Positions 37,095 through 46,009 of a DNA stretch of 64,000 nt are shown piece by piece (within the stretch, counting starts at the first letter, position 1; each line of letters begins with the position of its first letter). The position numbers were made by a program, and so were the translations under genes. This DNA comes from Myxococcota bacterium (GTDB lineage: Bacteria; Myxococcota_A; UBA9160; PR03), in contig JBFIML010000001.1 of NCBI GenBank assembly GCA_041611735.1, forward strand, positions 64,001 to 128,000, given 5' to 3'. Under the pieces are notes generated by a model. It was given only the letters and a program-made list of their open reading frames with translations. It had not been told where the DNA came from and made no database searches.

Positions 37095-37690
37095 GCAGGG
37101 ATCCGCATCGCGACGCGCTCCTCGCTCCGCAGCCCCTCCTCGTGCTCGCGCCGCACCAGGGCGGCGAGCTCGGGGCCCAGCTCCGCGGGCGCCAGCGTCC
37201 GGAAGCCGAGGCGGCCGTAGAAGGGCGCGTTCCAGGGCACGTCCCGGAAGGTGGTGAGGGTCACGGCCGGCAGGCCCCGGGCGCCGGCCCAGGCACAGAC
37301 CGTGCGTACGAGGGCCGTCCCGATCCCGCGGCGCCCGTGGGAGGTCAGCACGTCGAGCTCATCCAGGTGGGCGGCGCCGTCCAGGAGCTCCACCAGGGCG
37401 AATCCCACCACGCCCTCGTCCGCCTCCGCCACCCACAGACGCCCCTCGCGCTGGGCGCGGCGCAGCTGGGCGACGGGCGTCCCGTCCGCGCGTATCCCTT
37501 CGGCCATGGGCAACCCTGCGAAGCGCGAGGCCGCTTCGCTCTCGATCGCCGGGAGGGTGTCCACGTCCCCGGGCCGGGCGAAGCGGATCGCACACCCCGT
37601 CCCCTGCCCGAAGGACCTGCCGCCTTCGGCAAGAGAGTGCTGCTCGACGGTCGGGTTCGGACGCCCCAGGATTGGCGTGGCTTCCGGCAT
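37091..37690 (-). CDS. GNAT family N-acetyltransferase
   Basis: HLDELDV..HGRRGIGTAL, TLTTFRDVPWNAPFY.RLGF. Confidence 0.88.
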   Translation of the reverse strand: MPEATPILGRPNPTVEQHSLAEGGRSFGQGTGCAIRFARPGDVDTLPAIESEAASRFAGLPMAEGIRADGTPVAQLRRAQREGRLWVAEADEGVVGFALVELLDGAAHLDELDVLTSHGRRGIGTALVRTVCAWAGARGLPAVTLTTFRDVPWNAPFYGRLGFRTLAPAELGPELAALVRREHEEGLRSEERVAMRIPA

Positions 37691-37768
37691 CGGCTCAAGC
37701 CTACCCCAGGCCGCCGGTTCAAGGCCCACCTGCGGCGTGCCGAAGGCAGACGTGGGAGGGGAGGGGCC

Positions 37769-38317
37769 ATGCGTCCGCAGGCCGAGCCGCGCTTCAGCAA
37801 ACGAGTTCCGTGTCGTCTGCGGGTAGCCGGGAGCACCTACTCGGGGCTCGTGCTGAACGTGTCGCGCACCGGGCTCTTCGTGCAGACCAACGCGCAGACC
37901 CGACCCGGCGCAGAGTTGTGCGTCGATCTCGGCCCCGGAGCGACCGGCGGCCGCATTCCGCTCGGCGCCAAGGTGGTGTGGCGGCGCGTCGTGGCGCCGT
38001 ACCTGCGGACCGTCACCCACGGCGGTCTCGGCGTGCGCATCGAGAACGCGCCCGAGGCCTTCTATCACTTCCTGTCCCGGGTGGCGCGCGAGACGGAGGC
38101 GCCGGCTCCCGTCCCGACGCCCGCGGTGGGCGTCGGGACCCCGTCCGCAGCCTCGGCCGCATCCGGCTCGCCCTATCGGGTCCGGATCCGCCACGAATCG
38201 GGGTCGCGCTCCCGCACCCTGATCCTGCGCTCCTCCTCGGAGCACGAGGCGCGCCGCAGCGCGCTGGCCAGTGCCGGGCCGGGCTGGACGGTCCTCGAGG
38301 TCCAGCGCGCGCGCTAG
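37769..38317 (+). CDS. PilZ domain protein with small C-terminal domain
   Basis: RPQAEPR, NVSRTGLFV, KVVW, GLGVRI; SD GGGAGGGG. Confidence 0.8.
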   Translation: MRPQAEPRFSKRVPCRLRVAGSTYSGLVLNVSRTGLFVQTNAQTRPGAELCVDLGPGATGGRIPLGAKVVWRRVVAPYLRTVTHGGLGVRIENAPEAFYHFLSRVARETEAPAPVPTPAVGVGTPSAASAASGSPYRVRIRHESGSRSRTLILRSSSEHEARRSALASAGPGWTVLEVQRAR

Positions 38318-38766
38318 CGCGAATCCCGAACGCCCAGCGTGAGCTTCGTGTCCAGGTCGCGCAGCCAGTAGAGCGCGAAGCAGGCGGCGAGCATGGGCCA
38401 GGCGGCGAAGAAGAGCAGGTTCGCGAAGGGGTCCAGGTACTGGCGCCAGGAAGAGAGCGTCGAGATGCCGTGCAGGACCAGGACCGCGCCGTAGCTGAGG
38501 CGCTTGCGATACCCGACCACGAAGCCCGCCAGGAGCAGGAGCTCGAGGCTTCCCAACACCTGGAAGGCGCCTCGCCCCAGCCCGTCGATCGAGTAGAAGC
38601 TCTCGTAGACCCGGGCGGCATGCTCCGGGTTCGCGAACTTGTCGAGGGTCCAGACCAGCATCACCCCGAAGACGGCGAGCCGGAGCACCAGGAGCGCGAG
38701 CGGTACGCGGGAGTCGAGCTTCACGGCGTCCGGGCTGAGCGGCGCACGCTTCGGGTGAGCCAGCAC
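38314..38766 (-). CDS. DoxX-like membrane protein
   Basis: LLVLRL..WTLDKF, G.LEL, VLHGIST, NLLFFAAWPML. Confidence 0.72.
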   Translation of the reverse strand: MLAHPKRAPLSPDAVKLDSRVPLALLVLRLAVFGVMLVWTLDKFANPEHAARVYESFYSIDGLGRGAFQVLGSLELLLLAGFVVGYRKRLSYGAVLVLHGISTLSSWRQYLDPFANLLFFAAWPMLAACFALYWLRDLDTKLTLGVRDSR

Positions 38767-38781
38767 CTCCGCCCCGTCGGT

Positions 38782-39174
38782 TCAGGCCCCGGCGGCCAGG
38801 ACGAACAGCCAGAGGCACGCGCCGAAGCCCACTGCGAAGCTGGTGGAGCGCAAGAGGTCCTGGTTCGCCATGTAGAACACCGGGTGGAGGATCCGTGCGA
38901 TCACGAAGAGAACCGCCGCGGTGGCCGAGCTCCCGGGATCTGCACCCGCCAGGTGCGCCACCAGGACGGCGACCGAGAAGACGGGAAGCGCCTCCCAGGC
39001 GTTCTGTTGCGCGGCCCAGGCACGGGCCCCGGTTCCTTCCAGGGCGGCGTACTGTGCGCGCGGGTGCTTGTTGTCGACGCGCCCGAGCTGGCTCATGCGG
39101 AAGTAGCCGCCCGCTCCCGCCAGCACGTACGGAATCAATACCGCGATGAGCAGGCACCAGAAGGGAGTCGTCAT
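38782..39174 (-). CDS. MAPEG family membrane protein
   Basis: DNKHPR, RAWAAQQNAWE, ARILH..FY, LRS motifs; SD AGGAG. Confidence 0.9.
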   Translation of the reverse strand: MTTPFWCLLIAVLIPYVLAGAGGYFRMSQLGRVDNKHPRAQYAALEGTGARAWAAQQNAWEALPVFSVAVLVAHLAGADPGSSATAAVLFVIARILHPVFYMANQDLLRSTSFAVGFGACLWLFVLAAGA

Positions 39175-39370
39175 GGAGTCGTCTCCTGCGGAACCGCGTC
39201 CGCCTCGAGAATCCAGACGGCATCATGCCACAGGAGACGAATCGCCGTTGCTGCGAAGATCGTCGCGACCCCGGGGTGGACGGGCCACAGTGGCGAACAC
39301 CCGGTGCGGCGCCGCCAGCGGGTGAAGGATCGAACCGGCTCGCTGCGAGGACGGCGTGGCCGGTCAGCGG

Positions 39371-40069
39371 CTACGCCTCCACGCCCTCGGCCAGGCGCTG
39401 CGCGATGATCCGATACACCCCCGGCGCGAAGCCGAGCCCGAGATGGGTGGTGCGGACCTCGACATTCTCGACGTTCGGGGCCGCCTGGTCCACGCAGGCG
39501 CGCCAGGCCACGATGCGGTCCGCCTTCGAATAGACGGCGGTGACCGGAACCTGCAGGGGGAAGCGGCTGCGGGCCGCCACCTCCCTCTCGATGGCATCGA
39601 GGTCGTATCCCCGACGGCGATACACCTCTGCGACCGCCGTGTACTTGGGGCCTCCGATCACCGGGCTGCCCAGGGTGACGACCCGCTCGACGTCGTCCGG
39701 GCGCTCGCGGGCCGCCTCCCGCGCCAGGTAGCCTCCCAGGCTCCAGCCGATCAGTCGCACCCGCTGTTCGAACTCCCGCGCCACCCCCGCCACGAGCGCG
39801 ACGACCTGCGGGATGAGGGCCGGTACGTCCCCGCCGTTTCGACCGAGGTCCCAGCCTCGCACCGTGTAGCCGAGGTAGCGCAGGTAGGCACGCAGCACGG
39901 AGGTCGAGGCGTCCCCGGCCCCGTAGCCCGGAAAGACGAGCACCGGCTGCCCGCGTCCCTTCGGCTGCGCGGCCAGGGTCGGCCAGTGCCAGGCGAGCCG
40001 GGGCAGCTCCAGGGCGCCGAGCCCTTCCAGCAGGAGACCCAGCGGCGAGGGCGAGCCAGGCGAGTCCAC
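39371..40069 (-). CDS. Alpha/beta hydrolase (lipase/esterase-like)
   Basis: VLVFPG, GWSLGG nucleophile elbow, VTLGSP, YSKAD, THLGL. Confidence 0.85.
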   Translation of the reverse strand: MDSPGSPSPLGLLLEGLGALELPRLAWHWPTLAAQPKGRGQPVLVFPGYGAGDASTSVLRAYLRYLGYTVRGWDLGRNGGDVPALIPQVVALVAGVAREFEQRVRLIGWSLGGYLAREAARERPDDVERVVTLGSPVIGGPKYTAVAEVYRRRGYDLDAIEREVAARSRFPLQVPVTAVYSKADRIVAWRACVDQAAPNVENVEVRTTHLGLGFAPGVYRIIAQRLAEGVEA

Positions 40070-40095
40070 CAACGGATTGTAGCGAGCCCGCTTGC

Positions 40096-40872
40096 CTAGC
40101 GCCCCGAGAAGTGCGCCTTGCCCGGACCGTGCTCCAGCAGGGAGACGATGCCCTGTTGCATGTCCTCGGTCTCGAACAGGGGCGCCGCCAGCTCGGGAAG
40201 GAGGGCGTCCGACGCCCGGATGCCCTGGTCCAGGAAGCTGCGAAGCACCCGCTTGCTGGCGGCGTGGGCCCGGGTGGGACCCGCGGCCAGGCGCTGCGCG
40301 AAGCGCAGGCTCTTCTCTTCGAGCTGCGCTGCCGGGACCACCCGGTTGACGATGTTCCAGCGCTCGAAGCTGGCCGCGTCGTAGATGCCGGCGCCCATCA
40401 CGATCTCGCACGCCCGGGCCGAGCCCGCACGCTGCGCCACGCGCTGCGCGCCTCCGCCGAAGGGAATGGCCCCGATCACGGCTTCCACCAGACCCAGCCG
40501 GGCGGAATCCGCCGCCCACAGAAGGTCGCAGGCCAGGGCGATCTCCAGCCCGCCGGCCAGACACAGGCCCTGCACCGCCGCGAGGGTGGGGAAGGGCAGC
40601 TCCTCGCTCCGGGCCAGCAGCCGACCCACCCGACCCAGGAGCGCGCGCGCCTCGGCCGCAGAACGGTCCTGGAACATCGCCGCGACCTGGGCTCCGGCCG
40701 AGAAGTTCTCTCCTTCGGCGCGCAGCAGGAGGGCCCGGACCGACGCGCCCGCGGCCGCCTCGATCGCCTGCTCGAGGCCGTCCACGAGCTCGGGTGTGAT
40801 CAGGTTGAGCGGGGCATCGGCGAGCGTGACGATCCCCACGTCTCCGTCTCGTTCGTAGCGGACCTTGGCCAT
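40096..40872 (-). CDS. Enoyl-CoA hydratase/isomerase family protein
   Basis: FSAGAQ, AAVQGLCLAGGLEIALACD, LVE..G..PFGGG; SD AAGGAGG. Confidence 0.9.
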   Translation of the reverse strand: MAKVRYERDGDVGIVTLADAPLNLITPELVDGLEQAIEAAAGASVRALLLRAEGENFSAGAQVAAMFQDRSAAEARALLGRVGRLLARSEELPFPTLAAVQGLCLAGGLEIALACDLLWAADSARLGLVEAVIGAIPFGGGAQRVAQRAGSARACEIVMGAGIYDAASFERWNIVNRVVPAAQLEEKSLRFAQRLAAGPTRAHAASKRVLRSFLDQGIRASDALLPELAAPLFETEDMQQGIVSLLEHGPGKAHFSGR

Positions 40873-40903
40873 GCCATTCTCCTCCTTGCTCCTCAGCCTG
40901 GGG

Positions 40904-41593
40904 CTAGGCACCTGGGTCCCGGCGAAATCGCCTGCGCACCGCCGAGGGCCGGGGGGCGCGCATCCATGCTCGGGTTGCCTCGTGCGGCAGCGGGTCCTGG
41001 CCGGCCAGGAAGAGCTCGAGATACACGAGATCGTCGTAGCCCCAGAAGAGCTCCGTGCCCACCATCATGGTGGGCACGCCGAAGACGCCAGCCGCCAGGG
41101 CCTCGTCGGTCTGGCGACGCAGGTGCGCCTTCGACTCCGGCCGCCCGGCCTCCGCCACGAGCTCGGCGCCGGGCAGGCCGATCTCGTCGGCCAGATCCCG
41201 TACCACGTCCGGGTCGCTCGGGTGCAGCCCCCGCACCCAGCAGGCCTGGAAGATCGCGTCGATCAGGGCGCGCCGCGCCGCCTCGGGCAGCGGCAACGAG
41301 GAGACCCGGAGCGGGAGCAGGGGATTGAAGGGGTGGAACCGGGGCGGATTCAGGGGCACGCCCAGCTGGGTCGCCTTGCGCAGGTTGTTGCGGAGCATCC
41401 ACCTCGCCTTGGGAGGCACCTCCGCCGGACCGAGCTGGCCGTGGGCCTCGAGGAGCCCGGCGAAGAGCACGGCAACCGGCTCCAGGGCCATCCCGTAGCG
41501 GGTCGCGATCTCCGGCAGCCGGACCCAGGCCAGGTAGGCGTTGGACGAGATGTAGTCGAAGAAGAAGCGGATCGATGCGGGGGCCTCGCTCAA
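40904..41593 (-). CDS. 2-hydroxychromene-2-carboxylate isomerase / kappa-GST (DsbA fold)
   Basis: FFFDYISSNAYL, HPFNPL, GVFGVPT, ELFWG.D; TTG start behind SD GGAGG. Confidence 0.88.
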   Translation of the reverse strand: MSEAPASIRFFFDYISSNAYLAWVRLPEIATRYGMALEPVAVLFAGLLEAHGQLGPAEVPPKARWMLRNNLRKATQLGVPLNPPRFHPFNPLLPLRVSSLPLPEAARRALIDAIFQACWVRGLHPSDPDVVRDLADEIGLPGAELVAEAGRPESKAHLRRQTDEALAAGVFGVPTMMVGTELFWGYDDLVYLELFLAGQDPLPHEATRAWMRAPRPSAVRRRFRRDPGA

Positions 41594-41615
41594 CCTTTTC
41601 CTCCGTGGCTGCATG

Positions 41616-42194
41616 CTAGCGCCCGCGCTTGCGGGACCCGGGCGGCAGGCGGCGCAGCAGCACGACGTGGCTGAAGATGAGGATCGGGACCAGGAAGGTC
41701 GGCAGGAGGCTCAGGGGCGGACGCAGCAGCGCCTCCATGGAGGCGGGATCCGTCAGGGCCAGGCGCCGGGCGGTGGCCACCACGAACAGGATGTCGGCCA
41801 GGCCGATCAGGTTCCAGGCCGCGTAGGCCCACGGAGGAGCCGGCCGGCCGAGCCGGCCCAGGACCAGCAGCAGCGAGGCGAGCAGTGCCACCCCGATGTC
41901 GCCCCAGCCTCCCGGGACGGCGAACGCGTAGGGAAGCTCGTTGCGGGCGTGGAGATGGAGGAAGTAGAAGCCGACGAACCGGGAGAGATGCACGGCCACC
42001 AGGGCGTCGAGGGGAAGACCGTCCAGCCAGACGCGAAACGGGGAGATCGACGCGTAAGCGATCACCAGGGCGCCGAGCAATCCGAACAGCATGAGCTGCG
42101 GAAACGGAGGCGGCGCCATGCGCAGGCCACCGAGGGCGCCGAAGGCGAGTGCCGTGAGGAACCAGGCGCCGAGTACCAGGGCGGGCCTGACCAC
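41616..42194 (-). CDS. Uncharacterised multi-pass membrane protein
   Basis: 6-7 TM; HLSRFVG, LPYAFA..GWGD, WNLIGLAD, PTFLVP..SH. Confidence 0.75.
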   Translation of the reverse strand: MVRPALVLGAWFLTALAFGALGGLRMAPPPFPQLMLFGLLGALVIAYASISPFRVWLDGLPLDALVAVHLSRFVGFYFLHLHARNELPYAFAVPGGWGDIGVALLASLLLVLGRLGRPAPPWAYAAWNLIGLADILFVVATARRLALTDPASMEALLRPPLSLLPTFLVPILIFSHVVLLRRLPPGSRKRGR

Positions 42195-42197
42195 GAG

Positions 42198-42845
42198 CTA
42201 CCCGCGCCGCTCGCAGAGATAGTGGTGCCACAGGATCCGCGCCCCCACCGACCTCCAGGGTCGCCACGAAGTCGCCAGCCGATCCAGCCGGTCCGTGGTG
42301 GGTACCGAGCGAAGTCGCTTCACCCGCCGCGCCGCTTGCGCCAGCGCCAGGTCGCCTCGAGGCCAGACGTCCGGGCGGCGCAGGGCCATCAGGAGATAGA
42401 TGGCGGCGGTCCACTCGCCCACGCCCCGATTCTCCACCAGCAGGGAGCGCGCACGGGTGTCGTCGAGCCGGGCGATGCGACCCAGGTCCACCTCTCCGGC
42501 TTCGACGCGTCGCGCCAGGGCCAGACAGGATTCCGCCTTCTGGCGCGTGAGGCCGAGGTCACGCAGCTCGGCGGAGGAGAGGCTTGCGAGGCGCTTGCCC
42601 GTCACCTTGCCGACGGCCGCTTGCAGGCGCCGGAAGACCGCGCGCGCCGAGGTGGTGGAGACGTGCTGCCCGAGAATGATCTGGACCAGGCTGGAGAAGC
42701 CGGGGGCCCGGGCCCAGAGCGGAGGAGGGCCGTAGGCGCCCACCACGCGGGCCAGGTCGGCGTCGCGACGGCACAGCTCACGGGTGGCACGGAGCAGGGA
42801 TGCGCGGTCCAGGCGGCGCGGGACGGCGTCGGGCTCGGCTTCCAT
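42198..42845 (-). CDS. DNA-3-methyladenine glycosylase II (AlkA-like HhH-GPD)
   Basis: IILGQHVS, RGVGEWTA, RPDVWPRGDL, WRPWRS. Confidence 0.9.
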   Translation of the reverse strand: MEAEPDAVPRRLDRASLLRATRELCRRDADLARVVGAYGPPPLWARAPGFSSLVQIILGQHVSTTSARAVFRRLQAAVGKVTGKRLASLSSAELRDLGLTRQKAESCLALARRVEAGEVDLGRIARLDDTRARSLLVENRGVGEWTAAIYLLMALRRPDVWPRGDLALAQAARRVKRLRSVPTTDRLDRLATSWRPWRSVGARILWHHYLCERRG

Positions 42846-42948
42846 CCTCGGATCTCTTGCTTTCTGGCACGATGGCGCATAAAAGGAGGATCGTCGAATC
42901 CCCGGTCCAAGGACGCGGGAGTTCCATCATCCAAGGGGAGAAGCAAAC

Positions 42949-43329
42949 ATGAGGCGATCGGGTCTCTCGATGCTGGCGAGCGTCGCCCTGCTCTCTGCAC
43001 CGCTGCAGGCAGGGGCGGAGCTGTGGGACGTGATCCAGTTCAGGCTGAGCGAGGGCTGCAACCTCCAGAAGTACACGGCGATCGTCAACGACTTCAACGC
43101 CTACTACAAGGACAAGGGCTACCAGGCGCAGCTCCTGCTTCCGCTGCACGCGGAGGAGCAGGGCGGGGTGTTCTGGGTCGGCCGCTCGTCCACCACCGAG
43201 GTCTTCGGAAGGGCCTACGACCACTGGCTCGCCGAGCTCGCCAAGCCGGACAGCACCGTGAGCAAGCTCAGCACCCGCTTCCAGGACTGCGGCACGCTGG
43301 TCTCCCGCTCGAGCTACATCACGCAGTGA
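42949..43329 (+). CDS. Small secreted protein of unknown function
   Basis: Signal peptide ending AGA, SD GGGGAG, two Cys, good codon bias. Confidence 0.75.
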   Translation: MRRSGLSMLASVALLSAPLQAGAELWDVIQFRLSEGCNLQKYTAIVNDFNAYYKDKGYQAQLLLPLHAEEQGGVFWVGRSSTTEVFGRAYDHWLAELAKPDSTVSKLSTRFQDCGTLVSRSSYITQ

Positions 43330-43625
43330 CGGTGGCCCGGAAATACCCCGTCTCCAAGGTGCTCGCGTTGGTCCGGGACGACGCCGGTCGGGTGCTGCTC
43401 GGGAATCACTACATCGAGAACTGGGTCCCGCCGAACGGAGATCAGATCTCGACCGTGATGCTGGTCCGCGAGTGCGAGGTCTTGCGCGGCGAGCCGCGAC
43501 CGGACGGTCAGGAGATCCTGGAGTGTCGCTAGGTCACCCGCCCGCAGGCCGAAGCGCTCCAGATGCCCGCCTGGATGCACCGCCTCCTGGACGACGTCTT
43601 CCCGAGCAGGCCACCCGAGGGCTAG
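43326..43625 (+). pseudogene. Decayed NUDIX hydrolase (Nudix box missing, in-frame TAG)
   Basis: VLALVRDDAGRVLL joins directly to NWVPPNGDQISTVMLVRECEVLRGEPRPDGQEILECR*(TAG 43530-32), then VTRPQAEALQMPAWMHRLLDDVF continues in frame to 43625. Confidence 0.6.
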
Positions 43626-43990
43626 CGCTCCATGGCCAGCACGAGCGCCGCGGCCAGCACGAGCTCCAGGGCGCCGAACAGCCACGGTATCCACCCCGGC
43701 GGCCCGTCCACCCAGGCCGAGACCAGGCGGCCCAGGGCCATGCCGCCCAGGGCCACGGCGACGGCCGCGAGCACGCCCGCCCGGAGCGCGGGAAGCCACG
43801 CGGAGGCCACCAGGAGCAGCGCCACGGCCACGCCGAAGCCGCCGTAGACGGCACGCACCTCGTTGCGGCCGTCGCGCGTCAGGCTGGGGGTCCCGAAGCC
43901 GCCCGCAACCCGCTCGGGCCGCCACAGCGCGACGACGCCCATGGCCAGGAAGAAGCCCGCGACCCCCGTGACCAGGATCCCGGCGCTCAT
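43622..43990 (-). CDS. DUF4345-like membrane protein
   Basis: RNEVRAVYGGFG, GRLVS..VDG, ELV; 4 TM; SD GGGAGG and TGnTAGAAT promoter upstream. Confidence 0.8.
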   Translation of the reverse strand: MSAGILVTGVAGFFLAMGVVALWRPERVAGGFGTPSLTRDGRNEVRAVYGGFGVAVALLLVASAWLPALRAGVLAAVAVALGGMALGRLVSAWVDGPPGWIPWLFGALELVLAAALVLAMER

Positions 43991-44062
43991 GGCGAGGCAA
44001 CCTCCCGGCGCGCGATTCTACCAGACCGCATCGGTCCCCTATCCTCGGAGCCGCGTCCATCC

Positions 44063-45130
44063 ATGTGCCGGGAGGAGCAGAGGCTGCGTAGCTACGAGAT
44101 CCTCGACGAAGCGCTCGAGTCGATCACGGACGCCGGGCCGGACCTCCGCAACGGGCTGACGAATCATGCGCCCATGGCGATCGAGGCCCTGTGCGCCCTG
44201 GGCCGCCCGGACGCCGTGCGGCCGTGGCTCGATCGCTATCGCCAGGAGATGCTGCCTTGGCCGGCTCGCCGGGAGCGCATCGAGGGCGAAGCCTGGCGGG
44301 CTGCGCTCGGCCAGGCGGAGCGGACCAGCGACTGGCGCGCCTGCTTCCACGACCAGCTCCAGGACGCCCCCTGGCAGCGGGTGCTCGACCGCTGGACCCG
44401 GCGTCTGGCGCCCGGCATCTGCGCCTCGGCCATGCACGGCGTGATTCGCGTGGGTCATGCGGCGCGGGCGCTCGCGAACCAGGAGACTCCCGTGCGGATC
44501 GCCGAGCTGGCCGACGCCCTGGCCTCCTGGGCGGCCACCTACCAGGTGCTCCCCACGCATCCCGCGGCGCGCCCGGCAGCGCTCCGCCCGGCCCAGGCGA
44601 TTCGCCAGGTCCCCGTCGTCCCGCCGGACCGCCGCCGCTTCACGGGAACCATCACCTCGTCCCTGGCGGCCCTGGACGAGTTCCCGGCGTTCGCACCCGT
44701 GATCGCGCTCGCCGACCTCGAGGGCGATCCGGCCGCGGTGCTCTCCGAGCTGACCGAGACCTTCGCCCGGGTCTATCTCGCGAACGCCCGCGATGTCCTC
44801 GGCGCCATCGTCTTCGTCCACGGGGTCACCAGTGTGGCGGCCCTTCGCTCGATGCTCCCCCACCTGGACCCGGAGACGGCGCGGCGCGCCACGCGCTACA
44901 CGTGGCAGGCGGGTTGTGCGCTGTACGCCGCCTTCGGAGAGCGTCCGGCGCCAGCAGCAGCCGAAGAGGGCGCGGGCGAGAGCTCCGAAACGTTGACGGA
45001 TCGGGCCATCGCCAACGGTGACGAGCACGCCATCAAGTTCACGGAAGCCTGTCTACGCGAACACGCGCTGCGTCCCTCGGCCGTGTACCCGTCCGCGGCT
45101 CGTCACGCGATCGAGGTGCTGAAGCCCTGA
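44063..45130 (+). CDS. Questin oxidase / DUF4243 family protein
   Basis: NHAPMAIEAL, MHGVIRVGHA, VHGVTS, GDEHAIKFTEAC; start approximate. Confidence 0.8.
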   Translation: MCREEQRLRSYEILDEALESITDAGPDLRNGLTNHAPMAIEALCALGRPDAVRPWLDRYRQEMLPWPARRERIEGEAWRAALGQAERTSDWRACFHDQLQDAPWQRVLDRWTRRLAPGICASAMHGVIRVGHAARALANQETPVRIAELADALASWAATYQVLPTHPAARPAALRPAQAIRQVPVVPPDRRRFTGTITSSLAALDEFPAFAPVIALADLEGDPAAVLSELTETFARVYLANARDVLGAIVFVHGVTSVAALRSMLPHLDPETARRATRYTWQAGCALYAAFGERPAPAAAEEGAGESSETLTDRAIANGDEHAIKFTEACLREHALRPSAVYPSAARHAIEVLKP

Positions 45131-45589
45131 GCGTGGCGGGGATCCGGGGCCAGGCCACCAGAAGATGCGGACCTGCCGCTTGCCCCAGCGCAAGGCCGCC
45201 TCCCGGTCCGTTCCCATGTAGATGTCGATGCGTCGCCGCCACCGCTTCGCCATCTTGTCCAGGACCACGTACTCCCCGGACAACCCCTCGATGCGCACCC
45301 GGGTCCCCCGGGTGAATCCCAGCTCGATCAGGTCCCGGGACACCGCGATGGCGCGGACCCCCGGCCGCAGTCGATCGCCCCAGGCGGCCAACGTGGGATC
45401 CCCGCTTCCCTGGCCGGGGAGCGAGTTGTAGGCGGTCGCGATCACCACGAGCTCTCGTCCGTTGCTCGGCAGTCCGGTGCACGCCGAGAGCACGAGGCAC
45501 GCCACGACCAGGGGCCAGACCCGGCCTGCGGCGCCCGGAGCGGACTGCAGCCCGGCCGGCGCGACCTGCCGTCGAGGGGCGCCCGTCAG
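45053..45589 (-). CDS. 3D-domain lipoprotein (start uncertain)
   Basis: Lipobox LSAC; ATAYNS, IAVSRDL, VLDKM, RIDIYMG motifs. Confidence 0.75.
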   Translation of the reverse strand: MTGAPRRQVAPAGLQSAPGAAGRVWPLVVACLVLSACTGLPSNGRELVVIATAYNSLPGQGSGDPTLAAWGDRLRPGVRAIAVSRDLIELGFTRGTRVRIEGLSGEYVVLDKMAKRWRRRIDIYMGTDREAALRWGKRQVRIFWWPGPGSPPRSGLQHLDRVTSRGRVHGRGTQRVFA

Positions 45590-45999
45590 GTGGCGGCCCG
45601 GAAGCGGCGTTGGACCGCCGGGTAGTGGTAGGCCAGGGCGAAGAGCGCCAGGAGCGCGGCCTGCAGGCCCAAGGTGGGCAGCATCCGCCACGCGGACAGG
45701 TGCCCCGCCAGCAGGGCGGTGATCTCGGTGGCGATCAGGCCGTAGATCACGAGCACGGTGAGCGCCGCGACGAAGCGTCGCTCCACGGGTCGGCGATGGG
45801 CCCACAGCAGGAGCAGCGTCCAGCCCGCCATCAAGGAGGCCCCGTATCCCATGGCGAAGCGGTAGGGACCGGACGGGTCGTCGAAGCCCCACAGGAGTCG
45901 GGCCCCGGGCGGAAACAGCATGGGGATCAGCGCCAGTGCGTCGGTCGCGGCGCCAATCAGGAAGGCCGTCTTCAGCAGTCGGACCTGGCGAGCGTGCAT
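45586..45999 (-). CDS. Uncharacterised 4-TM membrane protein
   Basis: From MHARQV with SD GAAGGAG; ASLMAGWTLLLLWAHRRPVERR. Confidence 0.72.
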   Translation of the reverse strand: MHARQVRLLKTAFLIGAATDALALIPMLFPPGARLLWGFDDPSGPYRFAMGYGASLMAGWTLLLLWAHRRPVERRFVAALTVLVIYGLIATEITALLAGHLSAWRMLPTLGLQAALLALFALAYHYPAVQRRFRAAT

Positions 46000-46009
46000 G
46001 GGCGCTCCT

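Noticed and set aside
42865-42880. TGGCACGATGGCGCAT as a sigma-54 promoter
   Set aside because: GG-to-GC spacing is 9 nt rather than the required 10.
45053-45130. 78-bp convergent overlap of the 3D-domain and questin-oxidase genes
   Set aside because: Likely a non-conserved C-terminal run-on caused by scarce stop codons.
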